This document shows positions 25,170 through 37,705 of a stretch of 64,000 nucleotides of DNA, piece by piece. Under the pieces are notes generated by a model. The model was not told the origin of the DNA. It did no database searches and was given only the letters and a program-made list of their open reading frames with translations. Source of the DNA: Basidiobolus meristosporus CBS 931.73 (lineage: Eukaryota > Fungi > Basidiobolomycota); the NCBI GenBank assembly GCA_002104905.1, contig MCFE01000052.1, positions 1 to 64,000 of the forward strand. The letters are read 5' to 3'. Position numbers and translations under genes: made by a program. Within the stretch, counting starts at the first letter, position 1, and every line of letters begins with the position of its first letter.

Positions 25170-26540
25170 TATGTATATGCAACAATTCAGGTGCAAGAGC
25201 TGGATGAACTGGATATGCATATATTACAATGGCCTTCTGAAGGCATTTCTACCAGGAGTACATTGGAAGCATTAGGAGTCATATGCAGACATTCTAGGAA
25301 TATTTATCTAGAAGCAGATCACCAATGTCAACTGGATGCATCTATAGCTTTTTTTCATAGAGATTGTGACAGGATTTGAGCAGCTCTACTTCAAGCATAA
25401 AGTTGAACATGTAGATCTCTGCCGCTACTGTATCCGTTTGCTACTCCATTTTGCTTGGGGTGTTCAAATATTGCACCTTGCTTCACTTTGTGAGTGTTTT
25501 CTGTAGAGCAGATGTTTGGGGATATAGGAAGACAAGTCAAGTTACAGGTACTCCCATATCCTGATTTCAATAAGGATATTACATTTAAATCAGTCATGAA
25601 TATGATGAGTTGGTGCATGGAGGACAGGGAGGAAGAGTTGGAAAATACTGAGGAAAAATGTGCACATGAAAACACCTATGCCCATGGCATTAAGAAGCTA
25701 AGCTGCCCCAATGCATGGGTAATCAGTCAAGTAGTGCAAAGTTGGGTTGGGTGCAACAAGCAACTAATTTTTATCAGGAAAACTCTACCAAAGTATGCCA
25801 GATTTCTCTTAGTCACAAGCCAATTTATACACTACTCAATACAGAATCCACACAAACATGAGCTGTAATGTACTTATAAGGGGGACTAGTATCCAGCAGT
25901 GAGAAGGAATATATTGGCTGAATACTAAAAAGTTCCTTGCAGATATTTGCCAGGTATTCATGGTAAAGTTACGGCTTTCAAGCTTTTGCTTGCAAGATGT
26001 AAAAGTTACCAGCAACACAAGGTATATGGCAACTTGGCAAGAATCACACTAAAACAGTGTGCAGTTGAGGTGATAGAAGTATGTCAATTGCAGCAGGTGT
26101 GCATGTTTATAGAGGTTAGTATGCAGGAGGCCATAGTATCTTTTGATCAAACTATATGTGCAATACTCAAGGTAGTAGTGGGTAAGCAAATATAGAGGGG
26201 TGATTCTACAGTGGAATATATGAGTTGCTTAAGGGGAGATAGCAAAAGGAAACACCATTGGTAAATTGTTATAGTAGCATTGTACAGAGCTAGATGTGGG
26301 CTGACATACTGTTATAATAATGCCATCAGAGGCTTGCAAAGTAGCCATCAAAACATCATTTATTTTTTGCCATATAAAACAATACATGTACCTGCTGGTT
26401 AGATCCACTCAAGTGGTTGTAAAGCTCACTAAGTCTGCAACAATGCCACACCACCCTAGGCAACATACTGTACAAACACTGTTGGTTTATATCAGCCTTT
26501 TTAGCTGTAAAATTAGCAAATTACCTACTTCCATCTGAGC
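25170..26540 (+). pseudogene. CACTA-like transposase C-terminal fragment (second copy)
   Basis: ORF 25494-25868 (FSVEQMFGDIGRQVKLQVLPYP) matches ORF 39851-40630. Confidence 0.75.
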
Positions 26541-26559
26541 TATTTGCACACCAATTGAT

Positions 26560-28228
26560 TGAAGGATTATGATTAGATAATCATGGTTTCCAGGTACCAG
26601 GTCAAATTTGCAGTTTCCAAATATATAGGCCTGTAGGTCTTCTTCAAAATCATTAAACTTCTTCCAACTGGCTGAATAATATGGTTAATTATGTAAGAGT
26701 TGCAATCAGCTGTAGAGACTGAAGTTGATTTGGTGGGTTTCAAGTTGATTCCAGCTTTCAAGGAAATATGCTCTGACATGTAGTCATTCAATGCTTCAGA
26801 GTCAATCGCAATTTTGGCAGGTACTCCATTGATTACCCCACTCAAGTATAAGAGCTTTCCTGAGCTTGAGGTCTTTCAGGATAGGTATTGTTATGTCACA
26901 TGGAATATAAGTTTGGAGTCTTCTTCAAGTTCATCCTCCATGTTTCCATACTCAAGGGCTTCAATATGGCTGAGGGTTCATGTAGACCATTGTTCATTTC
27001 TTCTCTGAGAGCAGTACTTTGCAACATGTCCTTGCTGGTGGCAATTAAATCAAAATCCTTTCTTCTTAGATTCTTCTGAGGTAGGATTCTTCTGCATAGC
27101 ATCCATTTGCACTGACACTGCTCCTGATTGTCTTCTTTCATAGTGAATATTCCCTCTCTGATTTGTCATTATGGGCTTCCCAACTTCAAACATAGCTGAG
27201 TCATAGTCAATGGCAATCTTGATGGCTTCTTCAATAGCCTGAGTTCTTTGATAATTCACTTCCTTGCAAGTTTGTACTTTTAACTGATCAATCAATATTC
27301 AACTTGATCCAAGGTGTCCATTCTTTCAACTTGTCCAAGTAGACATCTATACCCATGGATGTACCCTTGAACCATTCCTTTCTGTATGAGTGTCTTCAAA
27401 TTCCTCCTGAGCGGTGTCTGCTGGTGTGTGGGTTCAAGAGCATCCTAAATTTTCAACACAAGCTCATCCCAACTAGAGATTGAAGAGCATCCCATCATGG
27501 AAGCTGACCTGATCCTGCTGTGTCCCCGCTATAAAGCTGCATCTGCTAAGTAGGAAGCTGCATAATGCAACTTGCTTTCCCAAGCAATTCCGTTAGACCT
27601 AAAAGCTTCTTGAATCTGGAAGAGCAAAGTTCCCAGGTTTCATTGATTTAACCATGATGCCATTTGACCTTCACACTAAAGTTGCTCTTGACAGGGTTTT
27701 GCTGGCCCTGAGCCATGGTGGTCATTCCTTGCTGCGGCTAGCTAAGGAAATGGAGTAACTGTTGCTGTTGGGCCAGGATTAGCTGCATAGCATTCTTCCA
27801 TTCTTCATTTTCTGACATCTTGAGGGTGGCTTTTTTTTCTTCAAGGGGGAAGATTGTGGTTTTGCTGCTACCATTGTTACAAGTCAAGGCATAAGAGTTG
27901 TAAAGGAATAAGGAGTTAAGCTAGTGTTGTACACTATAAACCTCATCTGATTTTTATTGAGGTTCCACCAACTCCTTATATATATTTTGCCTGATTGATT
28001 GCTGGTTAATTGTTTTCCTAATGTAGATTGTGGCTGATGACCCTTATGATTGCATCACCATCATCCAGTTAGATCCTTCTTAATACAACTATTTCTCACT
28101 GATAAGGATCTGCTGACTAATACTACTGATTGATAGAGAATACTGATATTTTCAAAGGCTAAACATAAGACTAATAGATTTGACTAAAAACTGATCTAAC
28201 CTAAGCATTCAAGCATTAGATCATAACA
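26560..28228 (-). mobile_element. Truncated Gypsy copy: 5' LTR (27875-28228), PBS and decayed gag-protease
   Basis: The LTR matches 40725-41092. PBS TGGTAGCAGC at 27864-27873. Fragments [24 protein letters not shown] and IAIDSEA. Confidence 0.85.
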
Positions 28229-28291
28229 AGAATATGAGAAGGTAAGTACAGGCAAAAGCCACTTATAAAAGAAAACACCATAATATGTAAA

Positions 28292-28664
28292 TGTTGCAAT
28301 TTAAGAAGTGATTTGTATATAAAGAACTGATCAAAATGTGGTAATTATAGTTGAACTGTTGTTTGTTCATAAAGAGGATCAGTATGTGTTGTACCTTTGT
28401 AGAAGTAATACAGCTGTAGCACCAAGTAAGGAGAATTTCTTAACATTCAGGACCATTCTGTAACAGTTTCAGGTTTGGTACTTGATGTTTGGTAAACAGT
28501 GTCAGTTTGATCTTCACTATAGGGGAATAATCATAGGATCATAGATGTGAAGAAACTGGCAAAGTTGGGGCTGTAAATAAGTCCTACAGTGACCACAACT
28601 AGTCTAGAATTGTTAAGTAAATTTTTAGCTGCTGAATGATACCAAATAGTCCAATATTTCAACA
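28292..28664 (-). mobile_element. Copia family B LTR (isolated)
   Basis: Matches LTRs at 38182, 47687 and 57068. TG..CA ends; no intact TSD. Confidence 0.85.
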
Positions 28665-28689
28665 TGAAATAGATGATGTACTTTTTGAT

Positions 28690-28939
28690 GTAAAGTATAT
28701 TCATACCACAATGTTTCCACTGAGAGAAATGTGTGTAGAGCAATATGAAGAGGATACAAAGCAAGAAAAGCAATATTATTAGCAACACAGGTAAGATTGA
28801 GCTACATCAACAGTGACTGTGTCCTACCACTGTCATCATGATAATAATTACAGTGCCACATAGTGCTGTTGAGTGACATATTGAACTAGCACTATAAACA
28901 AGCAGGCAATATGTGGCACTATCCAAAGGAACAAGTCTA
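28690..28939 (+). mobile_element. Harbinger-like element right-end fragment
   Basis: Colinear with 55810-56054, from the transposase C-terminus CCACTGAGAGAAATGTGT through the TIR GCACTATCCAA..GAACAAGTCTA. Confidence 0.75.
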
Positions 28940-29169
28940 ACATACCATGCAGAGAATACAGCTTCTTTGCTGCAAAGAAGGAACTCTAGTAGTTGAATGT
29001 CATCATCTAGGTCTGAGCCAATTCCTGCTTACAAGTTTTTAACTTAAATGATAGACAAATAGGAAGTTCAGCTAGAGCTGGTATTGCCTTTTATGAGGAC
29101 CTAGCACTTCTCATTTACATCTTGCCTGATCAGATGCTGAATAACTGTATTTCATGATGTAGGTTGTGG

Positions 29170-31930
29170 CAGATGAATCATTTAATGGCAACATCATGAC
29201 CCAACTAAATATTCCCAATTGTATGCTTTTCTGTCTGATCAGGATCCGCTGATCCATCTACTGACTAATAATACTGACTTGATGTAAAATACTAATATAT
29301 CAATATACTACACACAAGATTAATATACAGATAGACTAAGCATAGAGTTATTTGACTTGACTCAAACATGTTTCAACTTACATTTTTAAGCAGTAGATAA
29401 TGATATTATCCCCTACTCAATCTGAGAGGGCCTCCTGAATCACTCTTCATGTTATACCAATATCTTGATTGCTCAGTATTGTCAATAGGTAGTACATGCC
29501 TGAGTCTGCCCTTATGAGCTATGTCTCTGTGGATATTCTCTTGTTTATCCACTAGTTGGTAGTTGTAAATGAACATTCTCTAACAATTGTATTTGATCCT
29601 GACTGTTGTGGTTCCACTTCTCCCAAGTGTTGTTTTGCAATTATACAAAGTTCCTAACTGTATATGTGTTTAGTGATTTAGTTTTATCATATCTTTGCTT
29701 CATATTTTTGGCACTTTTAGACACTTTGGCATGTGCCTCTCAACATCTTTGCTGCAGTTGCTGGTATCTTCTTGGCTAGCTGAGTTCCTTATACAAGGTG
29801 TTTGTAAATTGTAATTGTGAGTTATCTCTAAGAATTCTTGGTTCACAACCATGCACTAAGTAAGACAGCATTTGTTTGATAGAATTGCATAATTTCACTC
29901 TGCAGGCAATTAGTGCTTGGTCTGTACACTGATCCCAATTGCTGATGGCTTCATTTGAATACCTGGTCAACATTTGTCTAAATAATCCATTAAGCCACTG
30001 AGTGACTCCATTAGTTCTAAGGTAATGTACAAAGGTTTTCAGTGTCTTCATTAGATCTAGGGTGATATGCTGAAGTTTTCAAGTGTTTGATCTGCTGCAT
30101 TTCCAGATATGACTTCAATACCTTTGCTGCTGATGTATTAGAGCTAAGTATTACAAGTGAAATAGAGAATCAAAAAATTTATATGATATTTACTTGCTGA
30201 TTTTTTGAGTTGCACACAGTTTCATACTTATTGCAATTTACATAAATGTAACTATTTGATCATTAGTAGGGAAGTCTCAGGAATATATGTGCTGAGTTTC
30301 AGCGCATTTGGACAGGTTTCAGCATGTCCCAAAAACCTTTACTCTACTAATTCCTACTAATTAGCAAATATCTTACACACTATTTTCTTGTGAGTAAGTT
30401 GAAATATATCATTTAACCAAGTGCTAGTTTACAATATACTAATAACTGGTGTAAGAGTCTTGGAGATAATGGAAGTGATTGGGAGAACAAGTAGATTATA
30501 TGGTTTTCACTTAATGATTTATTGAATGTAAAAGTAGTATTTATACTTTTACCTGGTCTTGGCATTGCAAACACGTAGAATAGGTTAAGGAAGGTCCCAA
30601 GAGCATGTGTGCAAAGTTTGGGGCTGTTTGGACAACTTTGAGAATTTTCATGTGCTGGGTACCTGGTATTTTGGTGAAAATATTCTAAGTAAATCCCAAC
30701 AAGGAATTTGGTCAGTATTCTCTAGGATTTGAAAGTAATGATCTAAGTGACTAAGTTAGGTGAATATTTAGGTGGAAATACAAATTTTTACAACAATAAC
30801 TTGGTGGACTCCTGACTATTTAAGAATTTGCTGCAAGACTTGCTCATCTATCTGACAGAAGTTCCAAAGGGTGTCCAAACTTGATCAGTATTGCATTGTA
30901 GATGAAACTTGCAACTTTGTGCCCAGTGGCCATCAGTACAGCTTTAGCAACTGGCCATTAAGTGGCATGGTCCATTGCTGCTGGGATCTGCTGGCTATAT
31001 TTCCCAGTGCTTTGCAGCATTCCATTAAGGTCAATTCCCCAAGTTTCAAATGGCTATAAAGGCTCCAGGGGAAAGAGATCAGTAACTCCCTGTGGTTAAC
31101 CTTGGTTGATTTGGCAACTTATAAGTTCCTTCAGTTCCTACATGTCCATATAATTGTGCAGCCTATGTATCACATCAAGGCAAGCAACATAAGTGCAATT
31201 AACAATAGAGCTTTCATTAACAATACGGTACAATACCTAATCTTGTACCATAAATTTGCCGGCTTCATGCTGAAGTAACTTCTTAATTTCTTCATTCACC
31301 TCATTAGGATTGGCCTTATCCCCCAGTTACATTGTTAACTAGCAGGGCCAATTGGAATCATGCACCAAGTTGAGTTGGTTTATTATAGTCTTTGTATGGC
31401 TTCAGTAACTGTATTAATTTTCCAGTGCAGTAGACAATCTCAGAGTCAAATTGCTGAATGTATTCACTACATCTGGACATTCTTCTGGATTGTACCTTCA
31501 GAGTAACAATGTATTACAGTGATATATCATCAGTTGAGGTGTTGTTGTTCTTGAGGATATCAGTTAAAAGGGCACATTAGTTTCAAACAACTTGACAAAC
31601 CTACCATAATAGGATGCCATTCCACAAGGTGCACTAAGCCATGATATACTATGTGACAGCTTTAGATTATTGATAACTTCTACACACTTAGGGTGTGAGG
31701 TCACTCCTGTTCTAGTCACCATGTGTTCAGATATTCATTGGGCTCCTTGAAAAGCTCACACTTTGCCAACTTGCTATATTGTGTTATGATCTGACCCATG
31801 AATGTCTAAATTAAAGCAGTTTTTGGTCAAATCATTAGTTTTATGTTTAGCCTGTCAGTGCATCAGTATTTTCTAACATATTGGTAATATTAGTCAGCAG
31901 ATTACTTTGACATGCAATCAATGATGATAT
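29170..31930 (-). pseudogene. Strongly decayed Gypsy integrase/LTR fragments
   Basis: ORF 29776-30051 (LFRQMLTRYSN...WDQCTDQALIACRV), [12 protein letters not shown]-like DNA at about 30930-30980, and LTR-like pieces at about 29170-29410 and 31780-31930. Confidence 0.65.
30447..30795 (-). mobile_element. Copia family A solo LTR with a perfect 5-bp TSD (ATAAC)
   Basis: 349 bp. ATAAC at 30442-30446 and at 30796-30800. Confidence 0.92.
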
Positions 31931-32384
31931 AGTAACCATTTAATTTAAGTGTTCTCTCAATCATTTTAAAGTATCTCCAAGACTCTCATAACAGGCTATT
32001 TTCCCCAACCTTTCATACTCTTCAACATCCACTCTAGCTCCTGAGAAAGCCGCAGGTATACATCACTTGCAGGTCCCTCACTACTACTTTTGCTGAGTGC
32101 TTCTTGTGTTGAGCTATGTTTTTTTACTTGACCAATGCAGCCTGATGTATCTGTTTTTACCAACTTGTTCCTTACTTGCACAGCTCTGTCTACCTGAAGT
32201 GTCTCTACTGCTTATCTGGAGCTTCCAACCATGCTTGCAACAAGCTCATGAGTAAGCTACTGGTATTTACCCATAGCAATCTTGTTCTACTGCTTCTGAT
32301 AGCTTGTGCTACTCTTGAGAGACTTTCTTGTCATACCAATGCTGAGCCAAAATCTATTTGCTTGCTTGAATTCAGGACAAAGCC

Positions 32385-35300
32385 TGTTTGCAATTTAGGC
32401 ATTGTATTGGACAAAATGAGCTTATCAAGTGATGATGTTATGATTTACCACTTGAATGTTCAAGTTAGATCAGTTTTAGTCAAATCAATTAGTTATATGT
32501 TTGGTCTATCAGTATATCAGTGTTATCTGTCAAATCAGTAGCAATAGTCAGCAAATGAATCAGCAGATCCTTATCTGACAGAAATAGATATATTAAGTGG
32601 GCTCTTATTGGGTGATGATGATGCAATCAAATGAGTCATCAGCCACACCCTACATTAGGGAATACAATTAGTCAGCAGTTGAGCTGGCAAAAATGTATTT
32701 AAGGAGCCACTGGAACCTCAATAAAAATCAGTTCAAGTTTTAGTGAATACAATACTAGCTAAACTCCCTATTCCTCTACAACTCTTATAACAAGACTTGT
32801 AACATTGGCCGCATCAATAACCAGAAACCTCCCACCTAAAGAAAGAAGAAGCTTCCCTCAAGATGACCAAACATCAAGAATGGAAGAATGCTATGCAGCA
32901 AATCCTGGCCCAACAGCAACAGTTACTCCAGATCCTTAGCCCGCAGCAACAAGGAATGACTACCATGGCCCAAAGGCAGCAAAACTCTGCCAAGAGCAAC
33001 TTTAGTGTGAAGGTCAACAGGTATCATGGTAGAATCAATGAAAACCTGGGAACTTGGCTCCTCCAGATTGAAGAAGCTTTCAAGGCTAAGAGAATTGCTC
33101 CAGAAAACAAGTTACATTATGCAGCCTCTCTCCTGGCCAATGCGGCTTTACAGTGGTACCACAATAAGATCAGGTTAGCCACCTTGATGGGATGCTCTAC
33201 AATCTCTGCCTGGGATGAGTTTGTGTCAGAAATTCAAGATGCTTTTGAACCTCCACACTAGCACACACTACTCAGAAGAAAGTTGGAGACACTCATACAG
33301 AAAGGAATAGCTCAGGGTATATCTACAAATACAGATGTCTTCTTGGACAAACTGAAAGAATGGACCCTCTGGACCAAGCGGAATACTTTATTGATGGGTT
33401 GAAAGAAAGAACTTGCAAGGAAGTGAATTATTAAAGACCCCAAACTATTGAAGAAGCCATCACAATTGCCATTGACTATGACTCAGCTATGTTTGGAGTT
33501 GGCGAGCCTACAACGACTAATCAGAAAGGCTACAATCTTTAAATAGGCAGACAATCAGGAGCAGTGCTAATGGAAATAGATGCTATACAGAAGAATCCTA
33601 CCTCAGAAGAATGTAAGAAGAAAGGACTTTGCTTCAATTGCCATCAGCAGGGACATATTGCAAAGTACTGCCCTCAAAGAAGAAATGGACACTAGCCATC
33701 AAGAACCTTCAACCATATTGAAGTCCATCAGCACAGTAACATGGACAATGAAGTTGATGAAAACACCAAGCTCACCTTCCATATGAAAGAATAATACCTA
33801 TCCCAGATGACCTCACACTAAAGAAAGCCAGTTTACTTGAATGGAGTAATCAATGGAGTACCTGCCAAGATCATGATTGACTCAGGAGCATTGAATGAGT
33901 ACATGTCAGAGCACACTTCCTTAAAAGCTGGATTCAGCCTAGAACCCACCAAATCAACATCAGTCCCAACAGCTGATGGGAACTCTTGTATAATCAAGCA
34001 TATTACTCAGCCAGTCAGGATGAAGATTACTGACTACAAAGAAGACTTACAGACCTATATATTTGGGGACTGCAAGTTTGACCTTGTACTTGGAAAAACC
34101 TGGCTATTTTGTTGTAATCCATTAATCAACTGGAGTACCCATGCTACTCAGATCCAGAAGGACAACAAGACCTATGACCTATTACCTGCCAGACTGGATT
34201 TTAACTTGGTCAATTCCAGTGTGTATGAAACAAGTGAACTTAGAAAGACTCAGTTCTGTAGAGCACTTAGAAAAAGCACCCAGATGTTCCTCATGACAGT
34301 TTTACAGGATGATTCATCTACTCCAGCACCCCCAAAGGTCCAGACTCTTTTGAAGGAATACTCAGACATATTTCCAGATGAACTTGTAAGCCTACCACCA
34401 GTCAGAAATGTGGATCATGCCATTGACACAAGAGATAGCCCTCCAGTGAGTAAGACATGTTACAGAATGAGTCCATTGGAGTTGGAAGATATGAAGAGAC
34501 AAATAGATCAGTAATTGGAGCAAGGATATATCAGACCCAGCAAGTCACCTTGGGGAGCACCAGTACATTTTGTGAAGAAAAAGGATGGAACACTCTGGAT
34601 GTGCATTGACTACAGAGCCCTCAACTCAGTCACTGCAAAGAATAAGTACCCCATACCTCAGATTGATGAGCTTTTGGACCGGCTCAATGGAGCCACTATA
34701 TTAAGCAAGATTGACCTCATGTCAGGATACAAACAGATTAGGGTAAAGACAAAAGACATCCCTAAGACAGCATTCAGGACCAGATATGAACATTACAAGT
34801 ACTTAGTCATGAGTTTTGGCCTCACCAATGCCTCTGCAACATTCATAACTCTGCTGCAGACTGTCTTCCAGCAGTACTTAGACAAGTTTGTGATAATCCA
34901 TCTATATGACGTATTGATATATAGCAAGACAGAAGAGGATCATATGGTGCACATTGAAAAGGTCTTGAAAAAGCTAAGAGAGAACAAACTATGTGGCAAG
35001 CTAGTCCAATGTGAATTCTTCAAGGAACATGTTCAATATCTTGGGCATATAGCAACAAGCACAGGAGTGACTTTAGACCCTAACAAGGTTGAAGTCATCA
35101 AGAATCTGATGCAGCCCCATAGCATATCAGAACTCAGATCACTCCTTGGAATGGATTCCTGTTATCAGAGATTTGCCAAGTCCTTTGCAAGTATTGCAGA
35201 CCCATCATCTGATATCCTCAAGAAAGACAATACCTACAAGAGGGACATAGCTTGTGAGACTGCCTTCCAGATGCTCAAGAACAAGCTTGCTAAGATGCTA

Positions 35301-37705
35301 AGCTTAAGAATACCTGACTTCAGAAAAGAGTTTACTCCATGCACAGATGCTCTAGATTATGCAATCAGTGGGGTGTTGGGCCAAGAACACAAGGGAAGCA
35401 ACTACCCAGTTGCCTTTGAGTCTAAGAAACTGAACCCAGCAGAACAAAACTATCCAGTGCATGAGAAGGAGATGCTTGCTATAATACACTGCTTCAAGAC
35501 ATGGAGATGCTATATTAAAGGAGTTAAGTGCACTGTGAGGATTGATCATGCCACCCTTAAGTATATTTTTACTCAGAAGGTACTCTCTAGAAGAATGACA
35601 AGATGGGGTGAATAATTCAGCAATTTGATTTGGAGATTATCAATTGCTCTGGGAAAAACAACACAGTTGCTGATGCCTTATCAGGATTAGAACAAGTTGC
35701 ACAACTTAACTTGGTGCATGAATCAGATTAACCTAGCTTATTACCAAAGTACTTGGAGGACCTAGCCATTCCTGATAAGGTGGATGAAGAGATCAAGAAG
35801 ATAATCCAGGATGAAGTCAGCAAGTTTGTGGTACAAGATTAAACAATCTACCAAATTGTTGATGGGAGCCCTGTTGCCTATTGCCCCTATGTTGCTGGCC
35901 TGGATCAAATACTTAAGCTACAAAAAGATATTTTCATCCTGGGATTGAAGGAACCTATAGCCTTGTGAAAGCCAGAACATGATGGCCCAGAATGAAACAA
36001 GAAATTGAGAAGCTAGTGAGAACAAGTCCAAATTGCCAAATCAACCAAGGCCAACCACAGAGAATTGCAAACTCTTTCTGTTGGAGCTGGTAAGACCATT
36101 TGAAAGATGGGGAATTGACTTTATTGGAAGACTGCCAACCACCAGGAAATGCAACTGTTGGATCCTAGTAGCAATCAACCATGCAACTAAATGGCCAGTG
36201 GCCAAAGCAGTACCTGTAGCCAGTGAACAAGAAGTTGCAAGTTTCATCTTCCATGAGATAGTAATAAATTTGGATGCCTTGTAGATATTCTATCCAATAG
36301 AGGAGCAAACTTAGTGGCAAAGACATTGGAAGCTTACCTGCAAATGCAGCACATCAGACACTTTAAAATCTCAGCATATCACCCTAGAGCTAATGGAGTC
36401 ACAGAGTGGTTCAATGGAATATTTGAGAAAATGCTGGCCAAGTATGCAAATGGGATGAGTATATGAACCAATCACTCCTTGTATTCAGAGTTAGAGTACA
36501 CAACACCACACAGCAATGGCCATTTTACTTAGTGTATGGATGTAAACCAAGGATTCTAGGAGATTTCACACAAGCAAAGCTTACAGATGCCTTAGAAGAT
36601 GAGCTCAGTCAGCCAAGTAGTCACTAGCAGCTGGAACAAAGATGTCAAGAGGCACAGGCCAAAGTATTGCAAAGTGCAGAAAAGATGAAGCAGAGATTTG
36701 ATAAGAGTTTATCACTAGAATCATCAACAGTTGGGATCTTTGTAGTGCTGAGAACAACACTTGGAAGAGGTTTGAGCCATAATGGACAGGACCATTCAAG
36801 ATCATCAGTGAATGTCCATTTGCAACTTACCAACTGGTGGACAAACAAGGGAGTATCCAGGAAGATTTAGTTCCTAGAGATAGACTCAAGCTTGCAAGAC
36901 TTGTCAACAATACTGAACCATCAACATATTGGTATCATAAGAAAAGCGATTCAGGAGAACCCTCTCAACTTAACCCTCTCAACTTAACCCTCTCAACTTT
37001 AGTAGGGAAGAATGTTATGATCTACCGCTGAATGTTCAAGTTAAACAAGCTTTAAGTCAAATCAATTAGTTATATGTTGAGCCTATCAGTATATCAGTGT
37101 TATTTATCAAATCAGTAGCATTAGTCAGCAGATGAATCACCAGATCCTTGTCAGACAGGAATAGATTTATGAAGTAGGATCTTATTGGGTGATGATGATA
37201 CCATTAAATGAGTCATTGCCCACAACCTAAATTAGTAAATACATTTAGTCAGCAATTGATCTGGCAAAAATGTATATAAGCAGCTGCTGAAACCTCAATA
37301 AAAATCAATTCAAGTTTTAGTGAATACATTTCTAGCTAAATACCCTATTCCTCTACAATTCTTATACCAAGACTTGTAGCAATGGTGATAGTAGTTGAAC
37401 TATTGTTTACTTGTCAAGAAACTCAGGACTTATACCATTGCAGAGACAACTCTGCTTTAGCATTAAACTTAAGAGGGTTTTCCAATAGCCAGGTGCATTC
37501 TGCAATAATTTGGGGCTAATACATGATGATTTGTAAAAGTACTAATATGATTTTCAATACAGGGGAAAAAGAAAAGGATTGTAGACCTGAAGAGAAATTG
37601 GCAAGGGCAAATCAGTAAAAGAGTCCTACACTAATAAAGACTAGTCCAAAATTGTTAAGTTAATCTTAGTTGCTGAGTAATACCAAATAGTCTAATATCT
37701 CAACA
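32385..37705 (-). mobile_element. Old Copia B LTR split by a Gypsy insertion (32385-32435 + 37382-37705)
   Basis: Joining the flanks gives CTTATCAAGTGATGGTGATAGTAGTTGAAC, colinear with the intact LTR B at 47720-47750. Confidence 0.7.
32436..37381 (+). mobile_element. Full-length but decayed Gypsy copy (LTRs 32436-32804 and 37013-37381)
   Basis: Same family as 40725-45664. Many premature stops. LTRs are visibly diverged (roughly 85-90% identical by eye). TSD ATGA/ATGG. Confidence 0.9.
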
